From positions 1,080,001 through 1,112,000 of the forward strand of contig NC_000916.1 of NCBI RefSeq assembly GCF_000008645.1: a stretch of DNA of 32,000 bases. Direction: 5' to 3'. The notes under the pieces are model-generated. The model made no database searches. It was not told where the DNA came from and saw only the letters and a program-made list of their open reading frames with translations. This stretch comes from Methanothermobacter thermautotrophicus str. Delta H. Lineage in GTDB: Archaea; Methanobacteriota; Methanobacteria; Methanobacteriales; Methanothermobacteraceae. Of this stretch, positions 1 through 7,451 are shown one piece after another. A program made the position numbers and the translations under genes. How positions within the stretch are numbered: the stretch's first letter is position 1; every line of letters begins with the position of its first letter.

Positions 1-50
1 CGGTTTCTCCCTCCTTCAGTGGTGCTCCATCATTCTCTTTCATGTCAATT

Positions 51-146
51 CAGCCCCATTTAGCATTAGCTCATCAACCATTAACTTGATCTGGGAGGTT
101 GAGTTTAGTCAGCCAGCCCCATATTTAGCATTAGCTCATCAACCAT
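51..146. repeat. Direct repeat: 31 nt (51-81) versus 33 nt (114-146), identical apart from a 2-nt indel. Copy B encodes the C-terminus of the 105..1001 gene; copy A lies downstream of its stop.
   Basis: Read directly: cagccccatttagcattagctcatcaaccat versus cagccccatatttagcattagctcatcaaccat. The flanks (82-113 versus 147-180) look weakly similar, suggesting a decayed ~63-nt tandem duplication. Confidence 0.85.
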
Positions 147-1001
147 CCCCCTAAATAGCTTTTTAAGGTGGGGATTGAAGATCACTGCGGGTAATCCGTT
201 GACCAGAGCATCTGTAAATGCCAAATCATAGGGTATTATTCCCATGATGGGTATCTCATTTCTATCTGCAAGATCTTCTATCTCAGCTGCGATCTCATGA
301 TTTAAATCATATTTATTGATTATTATGGAGTGTGGGATCCCAAAATGACTTACAAGTTCTATTGCACGTTTAGAGTCATTTATAGCTGCCTTTGTAGGTT
401 CCGTTACTATAATGGCCCGGTCACATCCCTTAACTGATGATACCACAGGGCAGCCAATACCGGCTGCTGAATCCAGGAGAGCCAGATCCATGCCCTCCGC
501 TCTTCCAATTTCAGAGACCTTTCTCCTCAGAGAATCCACAATCTTTCCTGAGCCTCTCTCACCAATTTTAAGATGGCCGGATACCACAGGGAAACCGTAA
601 TCAGACTTAAAATAGCAAATCTTTCCTGTATCCACTTCTTTGATGTCTATCGCTCTATCAGGGCATATATATGCACATGCTCCGCATCCTTCACAGAGAA
701 ATTCATTTATTTCAGGTTTTGAGTTCTTTGCACTCCATTTTATTGCATTGAATCTGCATACCCTCACACATTTCTTTCTTGATTTGCATTTTTCAGCCAT
801 TAAGAATGCCTTTTCAGAGGCCCTTATGGTTTCGCACTCCACATCCCCTGAAGATCCCATGATGAGTGCCAGATTGGGTGTGTCCACATCGCAGTCTCCA
901 AGGATTATTTCTGCTCTATCAGCAAGTAGAACAGCCATTGAAGCCACTATGCTGCTCTTTCCAGCCCCACCCTTTCCTGAGAGGATGCATACCTCCTTCA
1001 C
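105..1001 (-). CDS. MinD/ParA-superfamily P-loop ATPase with an inserted 4Fe-4S ferredoxin domain
   Basis: ORF 105..1022. Deviant Walker A SGKGGAGKSS lies near the N-terminus. Ferredoxin motif CEGCGACAYICP plus a second Cys group (CKSRKKCVRVC). The start is probably GTG at 1001, which has AGAGGTG 5 nt upstream and sits 1 nt after the upstream stop, rather than TTG at 1022. Confidence 0.8.
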   Translation of the reverse strand: MKEVCILSGKGGAGKSSIVASMAVLLADRAEIILGDCDVDTPNLALIMGSSGDVECETIRASEKAFLMAEKCKSRKKCVRVCRFNAIKWSAKNSKPEINEFLCEGCGACAYICPDRAIDIKEVDTGKICYFKSDYGFPVVSGHLKIGERGSGKIVDSLRRKVSEIGRAEGMDLALLDSAAGIGCPVVSSVKGCDRAIIVTEPTKAAINDSKRAIELVSHFGIPHSIIINKYDLNHEIAAEIEDLADRNEIPIMGIIPYDLAFTDALVNGLPAVIFNPHLKKLFRGMVDELMLNMGLAD

Positions 1002-1002
1002 A

Positions 1003-1878
1003 TTAACACCTCTGCATCTCAAGTAACCCTGCGACAGTATCTATTCCTGGAACATTAAGGGGTTCACCCCCTGAATAGGCCTCCATTAAATCCTTAGAAT
1101 ATTCTATTTCAGCCACAATGGGCCTCCCTGTTTCTCTGGAAACCTCGAGTACCGGGTCTGCGTTACCGATTCCTGCACGGTTGAGGATAATACTTGAAGT
1201 TACATCCAGCCTCTCAAGTAGCTCAAGTATCAGCTTCAGGTCATGACTCCCAAAGGGTGTTGGCTCTGTAACAGCAAAGGCAAGGTTAGCATCCATGATG
1301 GCATGTATAACATTACAGTGGACTCCTGCTGCTGTGTCAATGATTATGAAGTCCATATCATGGTTCTCTCTCGCATTTTTCATGAGTGAGTCCACCAATC
1401 GTGCGCTTGATTCTATATTCACAGTTGTTTCCCCGGAAAGTAACCTGAAATTTCTTCTAATTTTCTCATCATAATTTTCAGGGAGTTTGCCATCATAAAG
1501 GAATCCTGCGACCATATCCTCATCCTTTATTGCATTATTTCTGCATGAAAGACTGCATGTCCCACAGCCACTGCATCTATCCCTGACAAGAATTGGGTGC
1601 CTGCCCTCCACAAATACGATTGCATTTTTCCTGCACACCTCTGAACATTTACCACACATGGAGCAAGCTGAAAAATCAAAGGAGGGTATCTGAAGAGTTA
1701 CTTCATCTGTTTTTCTTCTCTGCACGGACAGGATTATGTGGTCATCTGGACACTCAACATCTGTGTCCACCAGGAGCACCCTGAATTTATCGGCGAGGGC
1801 TATGGCGAGAGAACATGCTATGGTTGATTTTCCTGTTCCTCCCTTTCCCCCGGTTATTGCTACCATTAAGGGCTTCAT
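1003..1878 (-). CDS. MinD/ParA-superfamily P-loop ATPase with an inserted 2x[4Fe-4S] ferredoxin domain (paralog of 105..1001)
   Basis: N-terminal Walker A TGGKGGTGKST. Two CxxCxxCxxxC motifs (CSMCGKCSEVC, CSGCGTCSLSC). GGTG SD before the ATG at 1878. Confidence 0.8.
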   Translation of the reverse strand: MKPLMVAITGGKGGTGKSTIACSLAIALADKFRVLLVDTDVECPDDHIILSVQRRKTDEVTLQIPSFDFSACSMCGKCSEVCRKNAIVFVEGRHPILVRDRCSGCGTCSLSCRNNAIKDEDMVAGFLYDGKLPENYDEKIRRNFRLLSGETTVNIESSARLVDSLMKNARENHDMDFIIIDTAAGVHCNVIHAIMDANLAFAVTEPTPFGSHDLKLILELLERLDVTSSIILNRAGIGNADPVLEVSRETGRPIVAEIEYSKDLMEAYSGGEPLNVPGIDTVAGLLEMQRC

Positions 1879-1908
1879 CGAAACACCGGCTCATCATGGA
1901 TTTAGTGT

Positions 1909-2283
1909 CTATCTTCTTCTCCTGCCACGGCCACTGCCTGGTGATCGTATCTCCTCAAGATTTCCCTCTGTGAAGAGCTTGAGATTCTCCTCAACTGATG
2001 TGCCGGTTGCCCGGTAAATTTTTATGCCCAGTTCATTCAGAACCTCAAATGCGTTTGGACCTGGTGAAGAAGCTATAACTGCCTTCACGCCATTATTTGC
2101 AATTATCTGGGCTGTCCTTATACCTGCTCCTCCTGAAGCTGATGCTGAAGGGTTCTCGATGACTTCGGAGGATTCTATATTACCCTTCTTCATTTCAACA
2201 ATCATGAAATAGGGAGCTCTGCCAAAAAATCTACTGACCTCTGATCCCAGATCGGTTCCAGAGGACGCTATTGCTATCTTCAT
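1909..2283 (-). CDS. Stand-alone NifX/NifB-C-terminal-type (dinitrogenase FeMo-cofactor-binding family) domain protein
   Basis: 124 aa. MKIAIASSG...SRFFGRAPYFMIVE...GGAGIRTAQIIANNGVKAVI is typical of the family and matches my memory of MTH1175. Its ATG overlaps the upstream stop by 1 nt (TAATG). Confidence 0.8.
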   Translation of the reverse strand: MKIAIASSGTDLGSEVSRFFGRAPYFMIVEMKKGNIESSEVIENPSASASGGAGIRTAQIIANNGVKAVIASSPGPNAFEVLNELGIKIYRATGTSVEENLKLFTEGNLEEIRSPGSGRGRRRR

Positions 2284-3101
2284 TAATTAGCACCACCATC
2301 TTTAAGGTATTTCGCCAGTTTATTGAAGATCTTCACCATCTCATTGTTGATGTATGAACTGGCTGATGATTCATTATCCCCGGATATCCCTGTTTCAAAG
2401 GGGATTTCACCCAGAAACTGGAGATCAAATTTGTCTGCAAGATATTTTCCACCATCTTTACCGAATAGAAATACCTTTTTGCCGCATTCTGGACACTGGA
2501 GATATGACATGTTCTCTATGATTCCCAGGACTGGAATCTTCAGGTGATTAACCATGTTGATACATTTTTCAACATCATGGATTGAAACTTCCTGAGGGGT
2601 TGTGACTATGACCACACCGTCAATGCCAGGAATGGACTGGAGAACCGTCAGTGGCTCATCCCCTGTTCCCGGAGGGTTATCCACAATTAAAACGTCGATT
2701 CCTTCCCAGTTAACATCTGCAAGTAGCTGTCTGATGGCTCCTGTCTTTTTTGGTCCCCTCCATATGACCGGTGTGTCCTCTGATGGTAAGAAAAACTCTA
2801 TGGACATTACAGTTGCACCCACTGGTGTGGGTATGGGGTTTATAAGATTTCCTGTCAGGGTGATCTCCGGTTCCCTGACACGCATCATCTTCGGGATATC
2901 AGGGCCGTGGACATCTGCATCAAGTACACATACACTGTAACCATTCCTGCTAAACTCTTCAGCAAGTTTTACTGTTACTGTGGACTTCCCAACACCTCCC
3001 TTTCCGCTCATAACAACGATTTTATGTTTTATTTTGGACAGGGCCCTCACGATTTTCACGTCCTGTTCCATTATGGCCAGTTTTTGAGCATCTTCAGTCA
3101 T
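2283..3101 (-). CDS. mrp: Mrp/NBP35/ApbC-family Fe-S cluster carrier ATPase
   Basis: Walker A SGKGGVGKST. Conserved CPECG (CxxC) motif. Family-typical blocks (VDNPPGTGDE, GIIENMSY). The ATG at 3101 with GAGGTG SD is preferred over the TTG at 3113. Confidence 0.85.
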   Translation of the reverse strand: MTEDAQKLAIMEQDVKIVRALSKIKHKIVVMSGKGGVGKSTVTVKLAEEFSRNGYSVCVLDADVHGPDIPKMMRVREPEITLTGNLINPIPTPVGATVMSIEFFLPSEDTPVIWRGPKKTGAIRQLLADVNWEGIDVLIVDNPPGTGDEPLTVLQSIPGIDGVVIVTTPQEVSIHDVEKCINMVNHLKIPVLGIIENMSYLQCPECGKKVFLFGKDGGKYLADKFDLQFLGEIPFETGISGDNESSASSYINNEMVKIFNKLAKYLKDGGAN

Positions 3102-3109
3102 GATGCACC

Positions 3110-3460
3110 TCAATGACGTCCGTTGCAGGGATCTGCATCTTCTCTGAGCTCACCCTTCTTGAGGAGGTTGAGTGTCTCAGCCACTGTTCCCCTGGCACCC
3201 ATCAGAACATCAACTCCATGGGTTCTGAGAAGGTTAATGGCCTTTGAACCCATATTTGTGCATATGAGGAGATCTGCATCGGAATTTACCACAATCTCTG
3301 CGGGTGTTAGTCTTCCTCCGGTGTGTCTTCCCTCTATTTTTATTATTTCCAGTTCATTTACTTCGTCATCATAAAAAGCGAATAGGGGCGTTTTTCCAAA
3401 GTGTTCTGAAACCTTTGAATCCATGCCCCTTTCTTCCATGACGGGAATACATATTTTCAT
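3110..3460 (-). CDS. Second NifX-like (FeMo-cofactor-binding family) domain protein
   Basis: The tracked ORF 3110..3637 overlaps the upstream gene. The internal ATG at 3460 (MKICIPVMEERG...SEHFGKTPLFAFYD) has a GGAGGA SD and sits 17 nt after the DUF134 stop. Family-typical N-terminus. Confidence 0.7.
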   Translation of the reverse strand: MKICIPVMEERGMDSKVSEHFGKTPLFAFYDDEVNELEIIKIEGRHTGGRLTPAEIVVNSDADLLICTNMGSKAINLLRTHGVDVLMGARGTVAETLNLLKKGELREDADPCNGRH

Positions 3461-3476
3461 TTTATGGTCCTCCTGT

Positions 3477-4046
3477 TCAGTCGGCGCCGCACATTGGTGC
3501 TCCGCACTTAGGACACTTCTCTGTTCTGCAGGGTACGCCTGGTGTTTTAGGTGCCTCGTATCCACATTCAATGCATTTGCAGACACGTGGAGCTCCTCGT
3601 CCAGCACCAAAGCCCCTTCCGTATCCGCCTCTGCCAAACCTTGGTATTGTTTCGGCTGATACGACGTTTATGTTCTCTGAACCGCAGTCCGGACATTTTT
3701 TGTATTCCTTTTCAGGTGAGATCCATTCGAACTGGCAGTCCATGCATTTGTATCTTCTTCTGTCTGTGATGTAATCACCTCCCTTCAGTATTATTGGTCT
3801 GCCCTCGACCAGAGCCGCTGCTATTTTACCCCGTGCTGATGTCAGGGTTCTGTGGAATGTTGGCTGTGATATTCCCATTATCTCAGCGGCCTTTTTCTGT
3901 TTGATGTCATGGTAGTCCCTCAGCCTTATTGCCTCAAATTCATCGAGGGTTATCTCAACCCCTGTCTCCTCGTCACTGGCTTCCGGAGAAAATGTGACCA
4001 CACGGGGTTCTCCAAGAATTCTTCTGAATCTTCTCGGTCTAGGCAT
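3477..4046 (-). CDS. DUF134-family predicted DNA-binding protein with a C-terminal extension carrying two CxxC...CxxC zinc ribbons and a Gly/Arg-rich linker
   Basis: MPRPRRFRR...F.P start and HTH-like segment KQKKAAEIMGISQPTFHRTLTSARGKIA are typical of DUF134. The C-terminus has CMDC..CPDC and CIECG..CPKCG separated by RFGRGGYGRGFGAGRG. Confidence 0.75.
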   Translation of the reverse strand: MPRPRRFRRILGEPRVVTFSPEASDEETGVEITLDEFEAIRLRDYHDIKQKKAAEIMGISQPTFHRTLTSARGKIAAALVEGRPIILKGGDYITDRRRYKCMDCQFEWISPEKEYKKCPDCGSENINVVSAETIPRFGRGGYGRGFGAGRGAPRVCKCIECGYEAPKTPGVPCRTEKCPKCGAPMCGAD

Positions 4047-4068
4047 GTTTTGAATATATATTCAAAAC
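4047..4068. promoter_or_regulatory. Perfect 22-bp palindrome GTTTTGAATATATATTCAAAAC abutting the ATG of the DUF134 gene; candidate operator
   Basis: All 11 base pairs of symmetry checked by hand. It lies between a TATA-like box (4071-4080) and the start codon (4044-4046). Confidence 0.6.
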
Positions 4069-4070
4069 TT

Positions 4071-4080
4071 GTATATATAG
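4071..4080 (-). promoter_or_regulatory. Candidate TATA box (CTATATATAC on the minus strand) with an A-rich BRE-like flank (GCAAAAA)
   Basis: Centred ~29 nt upstream of the ATG at 4046, with no SD in between. This implies a leaderless or near-leaderless transcript for the six-gene operon. Confidence 0.45.
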
Positions 4081-4153
4081 TTTTTGCACCAGCACCATGC
4101 AATCAGCTGAAAAGCCAGACCCCTCCCTAAATGGCTGTCCCACAAGCCCCTCA

Positions 4154-5188
4154 TCATATCTCCTTAAAAGGGACCAGGTCAATAACCGTTATCTCACAGG
4201 ATGATCCGAGACGTACAGGTGGACCCCATGTACCTGTGCCCTCCGAAACATAGAGGAACCCCCCTGAATCAGAATAAAGTCCCCTCAGAAATGGGAACAT
4301 CAGTCCCACGATGATGTTGAAGGGGTAGAACTGTCCGCCGTGGGTGTGACCAGAAAGCTGAAGGTCAACACCACGCTCCCTGGCATCCTCCCAGTCCACC
4401 GGCAGATGATGGAGGAGCAACACTGGCCTATCCTCATCAAATTCAAGTAAGTCGAGTATGGCCGGGAGCGAATGCCTCTCCATAGAATAACCAACACCTA
4501 TTATCTGTATACCCTCAAATTCGATGACAGACTGATCAATACACATTATGCCTGCATCAGAAACAGTTGATCTGAAGTCACCCGAATAGGTATCATGATT
4601 ACCCGAAACAAAAAATATCGGTGCTCCTGTTTCAAGGGATGATATAATGCTGGAATCCACAGGCCTTGAACCATCCAGAAGGTCCCCTGTTATTAAAACC
4701 GCTGCCGCTTCAACCCTCCTGACAGCCTCGGATACCTCTTTAAGGAAACCAGCAGATCGTACCGTTCCCAGGTGAATGTCTGATAGCTGGACGAACCTCA
4801 AGCTCTCCTCAACAGGAAAGGGAATCTCAACACGCTTAACCTCAATTTTTCTGGCCCTGAATACACCATATGAGACACTGAGTGCAGCCAATGATACAGC
4901 CAGGATCTTCAAGCATGGAAGATCCAGGAAGAACCATATAAACTGAACTAGGGCCCAGCCCGTGAGGAGATAGATCAGAAAGACCAGCCACAGCATTGAA
5001 AAAATGTAGGTGACCCTGGAAATGGGGTTCGGTCTCTCCCTCTCAAAAAGGATTGATGCCGGGAGAAGGATGGTCAGGGGGATGCTGATAAACCCCAACC
5101 CAAGAAATTCCAGAGCAAGGCTGTTTAGAAGGTAATAGGCAAGTGTGATGAAGGTGAGGAAAACAGAGACCTGGATCTCCCTCTTCAT
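4154..5188 (-). CDS. Membrane-anchored metallophosphoesterase (calcineurin-like, COG1408-type)
   Basis: About 4 N-terminal hydrophobic helices, then phosphoesterase motifs LSDIHLG, TGDLLD, SGNHD, GHTHGG. Confidence 0.8.
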   Translation of the reverse strand: MKREIQVSVFLTFITLAYYLLNSLALEFLGLGFISIPLTILLPASILFERERPNPISRVTYIFSMLWLVFLIYLLTGWALVQFIWFFLDLPCLKILAVSLAALSVSYGVFRARKIEVKRVEIPFPVEESLRFVQLSDIHLGTVRSAGFLKEVSEAVRRVEAAAVLITGDLLDGSRPVDSSIISSLETGAPIFFVSGNHDTYSGDFRSTVSDAGIMCIDQSVIEFEGIQIIGVGYSMERHSLPAILDLLEFDEDRPVLLLHHLPVDWEDARERGVDLQLSGHTHGGQFYPFNIIVGLMFPFLRGLYSDSGGFLYVSEGTGTWGPPVRLGSSCEITVIDLVPFKEI

Positions 5189-5235
5189 GGAATCACTGAA
5201 CCATTGAAACCATGGCTGAATCGCCCGGTATTCAT

Positions 5236-5271
5236 TGAATCACTGAATCACTGAATCACTGAATCACTGAA
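5236..5271. repeat. Tandem 8-nt repeat (TGAATCAC) x4 plus a partial fifth unit
   Basis: Perfect units at 5236-5243, 5244-5251, 5252-5259 and 5260-5267. Related copies at 5190-5200 (gaatcactgaa) and 5217-5224 (tgaatcgc). The stop codon of the 5256..6173 gene lies inside the array. Confidence 0.9.
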
Positions 5272-6173
5272 CTCTCAGGGAGGAGCTTCACCAGGATGTA
5301 GTCATACATCATGGACTTCCTGATCTCGGAGATATCCCCCAGCCGGTAATCAGATACCCTCACGTCGGCTATCTCCTCATGGTAGCGGTCATAGTTGAGT
5401 TTGACACGGACACCATCAAGCTGACTGGTGACAGGTGTCGGTGAGTACACCTCCTTTATGGCAGGTACCTGGTTCTCTATCTCGCTCTTCACAAGTATGG
5501 ATGGGACCAGAGGTGGATCAGCAGCCATATCGCGACTTCTCTTATCAAGGAGTCCCTCAACAACCTCCACAAGCTTCCTTAACGCTCGTATATCCTCTCC
5601 CCTCTTCAGCCTCCTGGGTATTCTTCCAAGTCCTCCAACGTAGGCGTCTGCACCTGGAAGATCCCTGAGGTCAATCTCGTCGGGGGAGCCGGTGACAACC
5701 ACCGGGATCTTTATGTCACTGAAGAGGTGGACCTTATCCTTTATGCACTGCTCAAAACTCCCCAGGGCGAACACTGCGAGGTCATGCTCCTCTATGAGCC
5801 TCTTCTCATCCTCAGATATTCTTGAAATGCCCTTACCCGCGCCACGGGCGAGTCCTATCATGTTATCCTTGGCACCGTACCTCCTGAGGTACTCTGATAT
5901 GTCACATGCAGAGTGGGGAAGGTGGTGCCTTGCCAGGGTCGGGGAGACAATGGCTATCTCGGTACCTGCCATGGGGGCCACCTTGATCTTCCCCAGGAGC
6001 TCCCTGGCCTTCTCCCTGACCTTATCCACATCATCTATTGGTACCGCCAGGGTGAGTATCAGGTCCATCTGAAGCATGTTCTCCTGGAGCACAAAGCCCC
6101 CCAGGTCCTCAATAAGTTCCTTCATCTCCTCATGGCGATGCACACCGCCCTGATACGTTAAGGTTTCATACAT
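5256..6173 (-). CDS. mmp7: Methanogenesis marker protein 7-like (McrC paralog)
   Basis: 305 aa. The block [24 protein letters not shown] resembles, from memory, the McrC block AMSPGRRHITKPVCEIT. Size and adjacency to a ~180-aa partner fit Mmp7. Needs HMM confirmation. Confidence 0.6.
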   Translation of the reverse strand: MYETLTYQGGVHRHEEMKELIEDLGGFVLQENMLQMDLILTLAVPIDDVDKVREKARELLGKIKVAPMAGTEIAIVSPTLARHHLPHSACDISEYLRRYGAKDNMIGLARGAGKGISRISEDEKRLIEEHDLAVFALGSFEQCIKDKVHLFSDIKIPVVVTGSPDEIDLRDLPGADAYVGGLGRIPRRLKRGEDIRALRKLVEVVEGLLDKRSRDMAADPPLVPSILVKSEIENQVPAIKEVYSPTPVTSQLDGVRVKLNYDRYHEEIADVRVSDYRLGDISEIRKSMMYDYILVKLLPESSVIQ

Positions 6174-6688
6174 AGTTTCCTCTCCAGATACCTGTACCTG
6201 AATAGAGCCCTCTTAACAGGGTCCAGGGGGAGGTTCCTGTGTGAGGGCACCCTTATATAGTCAAGTTCCATGTAGTCAGGACATACAGTGAAGTCAGCAT
6301 CCCCATCAACCACGCTGAAGCCCATGTCCTCCACGATCTCCCTTAAGAAATTTGAATAAACCCTTACTTTTATTTTGCTGTTCCTCTCCCTGAGCCGTGA
6401 GGGGTCATGCCACCATGGAGAGCAGACCTCAAAGTCAATCTCACTGGTTGATGAATACTTGAGACTCTCAGGGTCCCTTTCATGGATTGTCTTAAAGACA
6501 GTGCCCACCGCCTCCCTTATCTGGGGGAATGTGTTGAGTTTAAGTTTAATGGCCCCCTCCAGGGGTGTCTCAGAGAGTACGAAGGCAACATCTGCATCCT
6601 CGTCCTCAGGGTTCCTGCTAACCCGGTATCCCCTGACACCTGCAATCCTCAGTATCCCCTCACACATGGGTGTTGTGACGATCCTCAT
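6158..6688 (-). CDS. Conserved methanogen protein, possibly methanogenesis marker protein 17
   Basis: Its 3' end overlaps the start of the mmp7-like gene by 16 nt, suggesting translational coupling. The call rests on size and synteny only. The start is ATG 6688 (GGGTGA SD-like upstream) or GTG 6700. Confidence 0.4.
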   Translation of the reverse strand: MRIVTTPMCEGILRIAGVRGYRVSRNPEDEDADVAFVLSETPLEGAIKLKLNTFPQIREAVGTVFKTIHERDPESLKYSSTSEIDFEVCSPWWHDPSRLRERNSKIKVRVYSNFLREIVEDMGFSVVDGDADFTVCPDYMELDYIRVPSHRNLPLDPVKRALFRYRYLERKLCMKP

Positions 6689-6776
6689 GAATTCACCCAC
6701 AAGCCTATATATCTCATCAATAAATTTCTCTATAATTATTATTTATAAGGTGTGCTGATGAACTGAAGGTGTGGCA

Positions 6777-7451
6777 ATGAGAATAAGGCTAAGCTTTGAA
6801 AGACCGGAAGGCAGTGGACTGTGCATAATGGTGGATCTCCTCAGGGCAAGTGCAACCATCACAGCAGCCCTTGACCGGTTCAGGGAGGTGATCCCTGTCG
6901 CTGACATTGAAGAGGCCATGGAGTACTCAAGGAAGGGCTACCTCGTTGCCGGTGAACGTGGAGGTGAGACGCTCCCAGGATTCATAGCAAATTCCCCCCT
7001 TGAAGTTAAGAATTACAGGGGAGATGTGCTGGTGCTAACCACCAGTAACGGCACAAGGATCCTTGAATCCGTTAAGTCAGATGCCCTTGTGGGGTGCCTC
7101 AACAACCTCGATGCGGTAGCTGAGGCTGCAAGGGAACTTTCAGATGAAGTAGAGGTGGTTATGGCCGGTGTTAATGGGAGATTTGCCATAGAGGATTTCC
7201 TCTGCGCCGGTGAAATAATAGCAGCCATCGATGGTGAAATGGACGAGTATGCAGAGGCCTCGGTGCTTGCAGTTCAGGACAGATCACTGGTTGATGATGC
7301 CATCCGCAGATCCAGATCGGCTGAAAGGCTGGGAGGCCTTGGATTCATGGATGACGTTGAGTACTGCATCAAGAGGAACATAACAGGGAACGTTCCAGTC
7401 TACCGTGATGGGAGAATAGAACTCATGGAGGAAATCCGGAGGCTGCATTGA
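6777..7451 (+). CDS. comB: 2-phosphosulfolactate phosphatase (coenzyme M biosynthesis)
   Basis: Family-typical blocks VDLLRASATITAAL, GERGG, LTTSNGT. The ATG at 6777 is preceded by GAAGGTG; an alternative GTG lies at 6771. Confidence 0.8.
   Translation: MRIRLSFERPEGSGLCIMVDLLRASATITAALDRFREVIPVADIEEAMEYSRKGYLVAGERGGETLPGFIANSPLEVKNYRGDVLVLTTSNGTRILESVKSDALVGCLNNLDAVAEAARELSDEVEVVMAGVNGRFAIEDFLCAGEIIAAIDGEMDEYAEASVLAVQDRSLVDDAIRRSRSAERLGGLGFMDDVEYCIKRNITGNVPVYRDGRIELMEEIRRLH

Noticed and set aside
3461-3637. N-terminal extension of ORF 3110..3637, with similar extensions at 8426, 15751, 16626 and 23129.
   Set aside because: The extensions overlap the preceding gene or the promoter. Internal ATGs with good SD sequences give family-typical N-termini.
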